DNA of 28,135 nucleotides from Adineta steineri. Its lineage: Eukaryota. The stretch's first letter is position 1; each line of letters begins with the position of its first letter. Under the pieces are notes generated by a model that saw only the letters and a program-made list of their open reading frames with translations, did not search any database and was not told the DNA's origin. Where the stretch lies: the NCBI GenBank assembly GCA_905250035.1, contig CAJNOE010000254.1, positions 52,577 through 80,711 on the forward strand, in the 5' to 3' direction. The position numbers and the translations under genes were made by a program. Below are positions 11,526-23,703 of this stretch, one piece after another.

Positions 11526-13047
11526 CATTTCCTACAAAGGAAAAAAAAGGAGAAAACTAACATGTCATTCATTTAAGAAATGCTTCCTTTCTATTTTAAG
11601 ATAGTCTCTTTTGTGTGTATTTACTTTATTTTTTTTTTGGTTTCAGCTTTTTGTATGTCTTATTATCAAACGCAAAACTCACCTTGTATGTCGATAGTAT
11701 TTGGATAAAAAAAAAAAGAGAATAAATAAAAAGCCTTGCTTACAAGATAAAATAAACAATAATTCAAGTAGTAATGATATTATTGGTTTAGTGCATACGT
11801 TAATTATTTAATTTTTACTAATAAGCAAAAAAAAGAATGATAATTGAAAGAGAACTTTTGGATTATTTTATTCGAGCAGAAGGAACACAATGTTTTTTTT
11901 CTAGTTATTCAAAGTAACATGCAATGTAAAAGTCTTAGCAAAAATGTCACATCACAATTGTCGACCTTTATATAAATCAAAATTTTTTATGGGAAAGGGC
12001 AAATTTTTTACCGAGTATGCTTTTGAAGACTACGAAACTAAATAACATTGAAAACCTTCAACATCATTTTATATTTTCTAGTAGTTTCTTTTTATTCTAT
12101 AATACAACATGATTACAAGGTAAATTTTTTTAGCAATAAAACTGCTCTTTCCAATGACATATTAAAGGCTAAATTTATAACATTTGATTTCTTTGTCGAA
12201 ATCGATATCCCTTATAAAATTAGACCGAATAAAGTTTTGGCCATATCATCTTTCTCTGATTTTTTCAATAGAAAATCTCTAGTTTACACTTTTTCCCCCA
12301 TAAAATAAATGTGATCTGATATTTTTACATTGCATGTTAAATGAAAGAATATTAAAGAAATCAAAGAATATTTTACATCATCTACCATTCTAATCTGAAT
12401 AACAAATAAAAGTAAGTTTATTATTGAAAATTTCTCTAGAGATATATTAACATATCTCAATCTTTAATTAATCTTAATATTTACCAAATAATATAATCTC
12501 TTCAATTATTTTAAAAATAATCCTATAGAAATTCTATACTCATTGTTTTCATTTTTCAAAAAAAAAAATTTCAAGTTCTATCAATAAGTGTAAATACGAT
12601 TAAATTACCTTTTTTTATATCAAATCTTGAATACGTTTACAAGTATTCTATTTTCATGTCACGATATATGAATAAATGATTTTAAACTAGTTTTAATTCT
12701 ATTTATATCGACTGGTTTTCTTTTGTTTATATTATAGATGTAATCAGAAATGTTATATTCAATATTTATATTAGAATATAAATAGAATTAATAATTCTCT
12801 TATTCATTTTGTTCTTTATAATGTTGAATGAATGACAAAGAAAAAGAAGCATTAGATACACAGAACAACAATGTATGTACAAAAAACAAAGGAAAGCAAT
12901 GAACAATAATAAGAGACAGAAATCACGGCGGTTCGCATTGTTTTAAAATATGAACAGATCTTTGACGAGAAAAAAGGAGAGACAGAGAGAAAGCGTAGAT
13001 GATATATTATTTTGTTCAATTGAAATTCAGATATGATTGATTTCGTT

Positions 13048-16000
13048 CTATGCTTCAGTATCTTCATGACCACTTTCATGACCTTTAAGACGTATACGTG
13101 CAAATTCTTCAAAGATAAAATCATCATCATGCCCGACATTGTCAAAACTAAGATGAGAAAAACAACAAACAAATAAATTATTAATTTTTTGTATTAAGAA
13201 AAACATACTTCGTATCGAGTTGAATTAAATTATGATCAACAGGTACGTCGACTGCTTGTTGATCATCTGGATTTTGTTGATTTGGTACAAACTCAAGTTG
13301 TCGTGATGGCGAAGGAGTCGGTGGAGGTTTTGGATGTGTTAATGTAAATGGTAATTCAACTGCTAAATCTCTTTAAAAGAAAAAAGAATTTTTATATGTA
13401 AATAAATATTCATATTAATTTACCCTCCCATTGCAACAATTAATTTAACTTTAACTTTATATTGCACGATAATTCCAAGATTTTCTTTTTGTGTTGTAGT
13501 TCGTATTCTAAATTGAAAGAAACCTTGTATTGTTTTTTTTTATCAAAGAATAATGCTTACATAGTGGATGAAGCTAAATTTGTATCTTCATGTTTTAATT
13601 TTCCATCGAGTGCTAAACCACGTTTATCTTTATTATTCGCCAAAAGAGGTGTTAAGGAATAAACTTTTGTTAAATTCGAACATGGAGTTATTGGAAATCC
13701 TTCACTAAAAATAAAGATGAAAAAAAAATCTTTATATTTAACTGAAATCATTAATAAAAAATTTTAAAAACAAAAGCATAAATATAATAAACTGCGTACT
13801 CAGTTTCCAATTCGGCGACAGTACATTTGTAATGAGCATTTGTAAACATACAAATTTCAGCATATTGCTTAACTAGAATATATATTTAAAGCATACAACA
13901 ACATTAAATACCAACATTGATTAAAGCAACAAATATAGACAAATAATAAAATGCTGAGCATATGAGAAAAAAGAAATGAAAAGAAAACCTACCTGGATTC
14001 AATCGCCGCTACATCACACTTATACTGTGTTGATGAGTACAAGCAGATTTCAGCAAATTGAACAACTATATATGGGTAATTGAGGGTTCGAGAAATTTAA
14101 TTTATTTTATTATTTTCAGGAGAAAAAGCTAATAGGGAAGAGTTTTTTTCAAACTTTTTAATAATCTTACCAGAAATACGAATTTTTCTTAATGTTTTAT
14201 TTGAATTATTTGTTACAACAACATTTACATTGATACTTTCACCATGATAATACATCTGAATTTTTAAAAAATAATAAATTTTAAATAAAAAAAAAACGAA
14301 GAAAGAAATTCTTTATCTTTACCTCTTTATCAAGTGTACATTCAAGATGTAATGGTGCAGGTGACATCATAAAATCTTTATGTGCTTCAATAACAGGTTG
14401 TGGTGCAGGAGTTTCTGGTGCATAGGTTAATTTTCTTATTGCTAATCGAACAGAACTTCGTTTATGCGATTTATCTTCACTTGTTTCAGCAACATAAGTT
14501 TTTAATTCATAATCAACACCACATGGTTTGCCTGTATCACCAGCCGCTGGTTGTAATGTAACAGAAGCTGGAGCATTATGTGGAATCTAGAATTTTTCGT
14601 TTATATTAAAAAATTATGCTTTTAAATAAACCAAGTTACTTCAAAATAAAAGGGATAAGCATTCGGTCCTAATTTACGTAAAAGACGTTGTTGTAAATGT
14701 GTTAAGGATTTTTTTTGATCATCAATTGGAGGATAAATTTGTTGAGTTGAACAAAACAAATCTTTACGAAATGTTAAACCAAGAACATCAAGATCTTCTC
14801 GACCATATCGAAATGCTATTTGAAGAAAAAATGTATTGTTTTTTTCTTTTAGTAAAAATAAATAGAATATTAATAAATACCTGCTAAGACAGATGCATAA
14901 ACTTTACGATCTTTAACATATTCCGGATCCACTAGTACCACTCCATCTATACAACAATGATCTACTACTTATTAATTTGTGAATGAATTTTTTTAAAAAG
15001 AATTTCAACATACCAATTGGATCAATATGATCCGAATAATCAATAAAATCTCGCTTTCCTAGGTAACATGTTATCTAAATAAAATATATGAATGATGTAA
15101 AATAAATAAAATTGTTTTGCTTTTTATAAAATAAATACCTTTGAATTGGGACTACTTTTCTTGAACACTCTAGAAATAAAACATAGATTAGCCATTGTTT
15201 TTCTTCATCTGAAGAAGGTTAACATGATTATTCATCTATTTATTAGAAGTGACGAAGAACAGAAGTCCTTGTTTTATAATGTGTTATTCCATCTATCAAT
15301 CTATCGATCTATCTATCTAAGCGCATCAATTGAAAAAGACATTGGCAACAGAAACTAACAGTGGTTTTCTACCAGAAAAAATGATGACAATCAAAGAAGA
15401 AAATTCGTCATATTTTCCGGATGAAAGAAAGATAATGTTTTTTTCTCTAACTATAAAAACTATTCAGATAAATCTTGTTTTTCTTTATAAGTTTTGTCAG
15501 AAAATAAAATACTTTGTTAGAATTTCCGTTATATAGAAGCGCTGTAAAGAACCAATGTTTAAACAAGATGAAATAAGATATTTATAATTACATTCGACAA
15601 AATTTATAAAACATCTGCTATGATCATCACTGAAAGGTTTCTATTCTTAATCGGATATACACGCCCCCATTTGACGTAGATATTGTTGTTCCACGTGTTT
15701 ATAAGAAAATCGTAGTAAAAAAAAGAAAAGAATACTTTGGTATTTAGTATACTTCAATGTTTAACGATTTCATTTGTAATGATAATCATTACTTGAAACT
15801 AATCTTATTAAACTTATTTTTCTTTCATTAATTTAGCATGAATAATCAATATTGTTTTTTTTATTTTATCAATTGCGTTGATTGATAAATTTTTTATTTT
15901 GTCGATAAATTGCAGAAAAAAAATATATATATATATCTATTCTATTTTTATACTTACGGTTTCATAAGATATTAGATAAAAAAATAATCATTGTTAAACA

Positions 16001-16642
16001 TGATTGAATAAGACAAGACCAAATGGATAGAACGACTAATAATCATACGCGCACTTTCAACTTATTCTTTTTCCTTCTTATATATATAGTCACTAGGATA
16101 ATGCATCGATGTCCTCTTTATCGCTATTTCTCATATCAATTTGACGTTGTTCTCATTCTTTTTTTTTCTTCTTTTCTGTGATTCTTGCGAACGCTCTTTT
16201 TTTTTAGTTCTGCCATCATTCTATGTTGAGGCTGTTCTATTAGACGAGAAACAGAATACAATGGTGTTGAAAGCAAAAACAGTAATAATAGCGGAAAGAA
16301 CGTTTCTGAGAAGGAAAAGGAAGAACGATGGTGCTACCAACACTATCATTTTAGTAATTAAAATGCCTAAAAGTAAACAAAAAACAACTTATCTATTTAA
16401 CTCAATGGATCAATTTACAAAAACTTTCGTAATTTGTTTTATCAATAAAAATGAAAATATTTTTCAATTGAAAGACAATCTTCTATGTGTTTTTCAAAAA
16501 TCTTTCGTTCAAATAAACGTTTAATTAGCACTTAACAATTATAAAAGGTGTTAAATATAAAAGTGTACCTTGTTCCTTGCTTTTTTGAATCATCTAAACT
16601 TAAATCAGCAGCACCGTTTCCATTTGTTTGTTGTTGAGCCAT
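13048..16642 (-). CDS. ARRB: Beta-arrestin, multi-exon, with clathrin- and AP2-binding tail motifs
   Basis: Start [25 protein letters not shown] (16569-16642), then [10 protein letters not shown] (15139-15169), [243 protein letters not shown] (clathrin box), [16 protein letters not shown] (AP2 motif), DTEA* (stop 13048-13050). Exact borders of several internal exons are approximate. Confidence 0.93.
13800..13872 (-). other. Beta-arrestin alternative exon B (73 nt, same phases as exon A)
   Basis: Acceptor ...ATATTCTAG|TTAAGCAATATGCTG; donor ...GAAACTGA|GTACGC. Encodes (V)[23 protein letters not shown]. Homologous to the same segment of human beta-arrestin ([20 protein letters not shown]). Confidence 0.85.
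13993..14065 (-). other. Beta-arrestin alternative exon A (73 nt, phase 1 in, phase 2 out)
   Basis: Acceptor ...CATATATAG|TTGTTCAATTTGCTG; donor ...GAATCCAG|GTAGGT. Encodes (V)[23 protein letters not shown]. Confidence 0.85.
15287..15320 (+). repeat. Short (ATCT)n-like microsatellite within beta-arrestin intron 1
   Basis: Sequence tctatcaatctatcgatctatctatcta. Confidence 0.6.
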
Positions 16643-19013
16643 ATTTCATAAAAATATTTTTCATTGAAAATACATCATCAGGCTTTTATATATACAATCT
16701 ATATGAAAGAAAAGATTTTTTTACTTGAAACCATAGAATTATTTTTTTTATGTTATCAATCAAAAAAAAACAAAAAAAAGAATTTCTCTTCGTATATAAT
16801 CTGATTGAATTTTCGTTTATTAAGTTTATAAATAGAAACGCGTTCGTGAATATATGAAAGGAAGAAAATAGATAGAATTGTAGCACAAAGAAAATCAGCA
16901 AGCAATGACATTCTACTTTTACCTCATTTGTTTATTCATTCGCCATCAACGACAGACATCAACTCTCATTGTGCTATTATTATTCATATATACATTGATA
17001 TATGCTGACATCTACTAACAAACAATAGAAAAATTTCGAAATGATCTCTTTTGTTTGAAGAAACTCAAATTTGAATGTCTGAGATAATGTTATCTTAACA
17101 ATCTACAATCTCGATTTAATAATATAAGTGTATATTCATAAATCTGTTATACATTCATGTCATATATAGTATTTGAACTGCGAAATTGCTTACATATATC
17201 TTGAAGTCTCATGAGACAAATAGAATTGAAGAAGTAAAATGAAAAAGCTTTATTGTCATGAAATTTATCATTACGAAATGATGGACTATCAAAAAATAAG
17301 CAATATTTGTTAATAAACAAGTCATTTTATTTATATTGAAAAGGAAATAAATAAAAGCGTTGAAGTTGTGGATGTTTCACAATATTTTCTATAGTTTATA
17401 ACTTATGTAACTGTAGCTCGGATCATAAGACAGATCTGAATTCTTTTAATTCGAATAAAATATCTATTGATAACAAAAATTAGTATTTTATAATAATTTC
17501 GTACGGTTAAATTGAAACATCAAGCACAAGTTTTGATTCTTTTTAACATTGGTACAAAATCAAAAATAATATGTTTCTGTATACTATTTAATATATATTT
17601 AATGAAAGTTTCTATTTGTTTTATAGAAAAAAAAGAAGATAAATGCTTACAAATATTGAGTAAAACTTGTCGTAAAAAGATCATTGTGCTATATAAAAAC
17701 ATAAGTCTTATCATATATATCACCTATATATTCTCATTTGTGATATCCTTTTTATTTTATTTCTCATAATAATCTATTGTTATAACATGTTGTAACAGCA
17801 GTTTGTCTATTATTCATCATCTATATAAGTTATTCCATTTCAATCTCTATCATTACGAATACGTGACATAAAGGACAAAATTGTTTCTATATTTAGTTTA
17901 AACATTAATGAATTAAAAAAGCTATATATGTATTCAATTTTTTTCAGTTCATTGAAATAAACATGATAAAAGTACATGCTCATAAATTTATAAGCATCAA
18001 CATATTTTCTTATACATTTGAATATAATGAATAGAAGTAAACTATCAAAATAATTCATACATTATGTGCTAATATTTTAATGAACACAAAAATACCGAAA
18101 GTTTATTTTAAATGATAATACAATCGCTGATATTGACTAACAACAAATAATATGGTCAAGTACAAAGAATTTCTTATTTATTCAATTATGAATACAAAAG
18201 TTTTATGATAATAATTAAATAAGAAGGAAAAATTTGATTTGACAACATGCATGTACTAGTACAATAATGATTTTGTTGATAGATATATAAATAGGATAGA
18301 TTTAACAGGAATGAAATTGTTAATAATATTGATGAAAAGCAGAGAAAGTTTCTAATATATATATCGCGCAATAAAGAATCTGTTTAATCTAAACCATTTT
18401 TCTTGTTGACATGAGATAAAAAAAAGTGATATATATCGTATAACAGACGTGCGATTCTGAAATAAATGAGATTATATAGTCGCATATTTTTTATAAGTCA
18501 AGGATTATTTTTTATCATCCAATCAAGAAAATAAGTAAATGTTTCTACATAATTTATAATTGATAAAAAAGTGTTTTTTTAATCAAAACCTAGATATAAA
18601 TTATATTTATTTAGATATATCAAAATTCTTGTAATAAAACATATTGAATAATGTTCTGGAATATCCTACCTGAATTTTATTAATCTTTATACGATGAAGA
18701 ATACTTAGTTTTGCTGAAATGTAATGAACTAAAGATATATCAAACAAAACAATCTATGTAAGAGATGAATAGACAATTTAAGATTGATCATGTCTAATAA
18801 AATCTCTAAATATGTGGTTATTATTAGATAGCATTCTTTAGAAACTACGTTGTCGAAAAAAGACATTCTTTCATGAATCAGTCAATTACTATAAATGATT
18901 TGTCATTAATATGTATTCTTTGTAGCAAAATTCTGCATAAAATATATGAATAAATAATTTATTATTTACAATTCAATTATCTATTTGATTTTATTAAGAA
19001 AAAAGAAAAACCT

Positions 19014-21780
19014 TTAACATCCAAGTGTACCAATACGAAATTGTTTCATTGTCATTGCTTCAATATCACCAGAAGTTAATAATACTTGTTGACCTGTATA
19101 ATTAGTTTGAAAAGGATTTGAATTAGGATTTGCTATAGATTGTCTCATCGATGCACGATGTTGCTGTTGTTCAAGTGCATGTTTATTTGTTAAAATTTTA
19201 TGATTTTGTTCAACAGAATTCGATCGAGATTCTTTATCAGATGCACTTGATAAACGTTGAAGACTTTTTCTTGGTGGTAATGTTTTACGTACAACTGTTG
19301 TTGCAGCTGAACCAGCATATTCATCAGATTCACTGCCTCCATGACCAACAGAATTTAAACGTTCCAAACGCGCTTTCTTGTAAAAGAAAAAAATAAAATT
19401 ATTGATTTTTTTCCATTTCAATTTATCTTTTCATGCTACGCATGCGCTTATTATGTCTATTAATGTCGATGACATGCTATAGCTTGCATACAGTAAATAT
19501 TTAATGGCTTATCTGAAAAAATTGATTTGAGTCAAATGTATTCTAGAAATCAGTTTTCTATATATTGTATCTCTTTGTTATATTGTTTTAATAGTATATT
19601 TTAATGTTTACTTACTAAATATTCTTTATCTTTACGTTTCATCACACGTCGTCGTCGATAAGTCTAATAATAATAGATTTTTGAATTTAAAAAAAAAACT
19701 TAATTATTTTACTTACAACAAAATACATCCAAAGAAAAAATACTAGATGAAATAATGTATAAATTACAACTAATGTTATGAATGCCAAATTATCCCAATG
19801 TGGTGCCACATCCGTTGGACATACAGCAATTATAGAATGCCAAGCACAAACTACACATAACATTACCATTGATAACAGAACATATTTATCCTGAAGAATA
19901 TTTTATATCAATTAAAATTTTCAAAAAAAGAAAAACAATAAAATTTACTAATGTTGTTAAATAAGATATTGTTGGTAAACACCGAACAACAACCCATTTA
20001 AATGTAACAGCTGTTAATAGAAGAGTAAAACTTAATTGAAGACGATTTTGTGGAAGGTTATAAGTAACACTAAATGTGGTAAAAGCCATTACTGTTATAA
20101 AAAACTAAATATTAGCAAAATTTTATTTGAATTTATGCCTCCTTTGTAAATTATATTTACAATTAGAAAATAAACATTCCAATAGAAATAACCGGGTCGA
20201 CGTGCAGCATGACCTAAAATAAAAAAAATTTATTTTACAATATAAGGAAAATTTTTGTTTCGATGAATATAACTTACAAGTAGCTGAAAAAGCAGGATGT
20301 TGATTTTGTGATGGTGTAAATGGACTTGATAATAATTTAGTAGATGTTTCAACATGTTCATGTAGACGCCATTCTTGTTGATCAATAAATGCATCTTTAG
20401 AATTGAATGAAAATATAATATTTGTTTAATTTATTCTTTTTTCTTACGTGTATTAATAGCACTTAATTGATGTGTATCAGCAGTAAGTAATACTTCATTA
20501 ACAGTTCTTGTTGTTGAAACTGTTATTGTTAAATCCTTTGAAGGAAAATTAAATCTTCAATAAAATAAATAAATAAGTAGGTTTACTTGAACATCAACAG
20601 GAAAATCATTAAGTTCAAGATTTTCAAGAAATACACCTTTAATTTTTCTCATTTCATAAATCATTGGTGTATCAATACCATCATAAACAACTTTATGCCA
20701 AACATCATTTTTAAGATCTCCAACTGAATTATCAATATATAATAGTGGATTCCAAAATTTACTTGCATCAAAACAATCAATATCCTAATTAAATATTAGA
20801 AAATTTATTATTATATATATTTTTTTCTTCTTCGTCTATTAAATGAAAATATGAAGTATGACTAATTTGTATGAGCTACGTAACATACTTACATGTCACT
20901 TACCGTGCCTTTTAAAGTTGGTTCATACCAACGTGCTTGAATAAATGCTTCGGCTTGAAATTGTTCTTTTAATGTATCGATTTCGCCAATTTTTAAAAAT
21001 ACTAATCGTAATTCAACAGTCACCTGAAAATAAAACAATTGATATTATCTATTAAGCATATTCATGTCTGGTAAACATATGGCATCTATGATATTAATAT
21101 ATGAGATCCTTTAAAGAAGCTTAAAGTTAGTCCTTCATTTATTTTCTAATATACACAAAGATAAAATGACGTGTACTCAATAGGAATGTACACGCTATTT
21201 ATTTTGTCATCAATGAAAAAATGTATATAACAATCATTAAGATACTATTTCTCTTTTTATCTGTACTATTCATAGGAGATTTTCTAATGAATATGTACTA
21301 ATATCAATATGATATTCTTTTACAGATCAATGAAAGTCACTTAATTATATTTATATTATGCTTTATTTAATCATTAATATTTGTGTAGTTAATTCTTTTA
21401 GAAAACTATAATCTTTTAATACATACTCTTTCAAGTTTATGTACACCAGAAGTATCATCAGCTGGTCTTGTGTCTGGTTTTTCATTTGCTTTAACAATAT
21501 TATCTTTAATTTCTGATAAAATTTTGGCATTTTTTTTAAAATGATTATTTAATTCTTGGAGTGTATTTGTTAATTCACGTAAATCAGCTGCTGATGTTGA
21601 TAATGATGATTGTGCACTTTGACATCGTTTTGCTGATAAATATTGATGTGTTGAAGTTGCTAGTGATGATGATGGTTGTGCATGTAGTGTTCCTGATCCA
21701 CCCGATGATACGTTCACTGTTGGTGATACGCCACGGGTGGTTATATGATGATTTGTAGATAAAGACAGTTTGTCGAATAG
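19014..21780 (-). CDS. Pentameric ligand-gated ion channel subunit (Cys-loop superfamily fold without the Cys pair), multi-exon; 5' end unresolved
   Basis: Exons read as: N-terminal coiled-coil-like ADLRELTNTLQELNNHFKKNAKILSEIKDNIVKANEK...VHKLER; VTVELRLVFLKIGEIDTLKEQFQAEAFIQARWYEP; DIDCFDASKFWNPLLYIDNSVGDLKNDVWHKVVYDGIDTPMIYEMRKIKGVFLENLELNDFPVDVQ; DLTITVSTTRTVNEVLL; ARRPGYFYWNVYFL (pre-M1/M1); NLPQNRLQLSFTLLLTAVTFKWVVVRCLPTISYLTTLDKYVLLSMVMLCVVCAWHSI (M2-M3); DNLAFITLVVIYTLFHLVFFLWMYFV (M4); Ser-rich C-terminal tail ending FRIGTLGC*. No in-frame ATG was found in the first recognisable exon, so an upstream exon is likely. Confidence 0.8.
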
Positions 21781-23610
21781 AAATAATTAATAGGGATTGA
21801 TCTAAAAATCAAACTAAATCGTTAATTTTTATATTCAAACATAGAAAAATTATACGATCACGATCATAATATTACTTTTACTATCGTTAGAAAGAAATTC
21901 TATCCAATACATATCGAAACTTACTTATATACACAAATTATATCCGGAAGAGATCGATTAAGAAATCTGATTAGAAAGAAAACGAATCATATTTTCTACA
22001 TATATGATACTTCACATTTGATCTTATCTTTGTCTTTTTCTATAAAAATCAAAAAATAAATCTCTCTTGTACATACACGAGTCAATAGCCTTGTTGATGA
22101 AGAGATGAAATAGCTTTAGCTTGTGAGAAGAGAGAGAGAAAAAAAAAGAAGAATTTCTATCTAAGATATTGCTATATACATAATAACAACAACATAATAC
22201 ATCGATCATCAACAGACATGTCATCTGAAAGTTACAAGCTTTTTATGAGAAAAGGAGAAAAAAAAAAGAATAATCAATAACGTACATCATTATTTGACAG
22301 ATATTTAAAGATGTTCATTTATCAATAAGGAAAACATAAGATTCAATAATTCATTAAGGTTTTATATCTCTCTAATCAGATAGAAATAAACAGCAGCACT
22401 TAAGATGTTATCATTTATTTTCTTTTATACTTTCCATATGATCATTTGATCTTATTTTGCGTAAAAATGCATATATTCTTATATTAGAACAACAAACATG
22501 CAATTCTTGTTGGCCTTCATAAACTGATGATAGATTTAACGAATAAGAGAACAATATTTGACATACACTACAAAACATTATCAATCAATCAACACAACGA
22601 AGAAAAAAGAAATCTTCTTTGATACTTGGTGATAGAAACAAACAAGTTTCATCACATATATCGTTTTCTTCGTTGTTTTGTTTTATATTTCCGATCAGAC
22701 GTCATTAGTACCTACGCAATTTGTTTTCTTTTTTTTTAAGTAAAGAAAGCAAAGTGGTACTTGTCTTATGATGAGACGATTAAGAATGTTGTTTTCATTA
22801 GAAGAGTAAGGTCATTATTATTACTAGCAGTTGATCTTCCCATGTTCTACAAATAGACGAACAATCAACTGTCATTATCTATTTAATGGATTATGGATGC
22901 TATACAATATTTGAAAATATTTCAATAGAATTATTAATAAAACAATTTTTCTTGTAAAAATATATAAGCAAATCATTTATCTAACAGATTTTGTAGAAAA
23001 TAGATCGATTGCCTATATATTCTTATAGGGTCAAAAAAACAAATCGTATCATACTGTCTTTGTTTACAATCAAATTTAATCTGTAATATATCTGAAAGCT
23101 TTTAGTTATAACAACAACAAAAACTATAATAATATTTATTTGTTATTTAAAATAATAAGATTTTGTTTAAAAATTTTTATGGCAGACACTTTTTTAGTAA
23201 ATAATAATGCCAATAGTTAGTTCAACAAAGGATAAGAAAAAATATTATGTACGAATAATTCTTTTATATATCTATATATATAAAGAAGACTGACACATTT
23301 CAAGTAGGAAGGTGAATCATCCAGACGATGACTAGTAAATTCATTTGACACTAGAATGATCGTGTCTCTAATTTGACGATATTTCTCGGACGATACAACA
23401 TAATAAGTGACGAAAAGACTATACAATATAAGTATTATTCGTTCGCCGACCAGAATTATCGACTATAATGAACCCTCGATAATGATTCAAAAGAAAGAGA
23501 ATAATCGCATGTACTAAATGGATGTACAAAGAAATGGAAAGCGCATAATGGTATAACATCATGTGATATCACTCTCTCTTTGTAATTCCTATCTAGGTAT
23601 AGATTTCCGT

Positions 23611-23626
23611 CGCATATAAATAGATA
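23611..23626 (+). promoter_or_regulatory. Candidate TATA-box promoter for the downstream secreted protein gene
   Basis: cgcATATAAATAgata lies about 80-90 nt upstream of the ATG (23704). An Inr-like TCAACT occurs at about 23655, roughly 30-35 nt downstream of the TATA box. Confidence 0.35.
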
Positions 23627-23703
23627 CCTTCTGTAACAATTTCTTCACCATTCAACTCTCATACGATTAAGTTGATAGTAGTTTTATATTTGTACCGATT
23701 ACA

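Noticed and set aside
12048-12308. 86-aa ORF between PGAP2 and beta-arrestin
   Set aside because: Phe/Ile/Lys-rich AT-driven composition with no recognisable family. Cannot be supported without transcripts.
16141-16524. 127-aa ORF inside beta-arrestin intron 1, plus strand
   Set aside because: Low-complexity start (FFFFLLF), no recognisable motif, no splice or homology support; likely chance.
17206-17217. Perfect 12-bp palindrome GTCTCATGAGAC
   Set aside because: A single short palindrome in intergenic DNA with no context; expected at some frequency by chance.
17512-17769. Overlapping sense and antisense ORFs (17512-17769 + and 17520-17723 -)
   Set aside because: Mirror open frames in very AT-rich sequence are expected by chance, and neither has domain-like composition.
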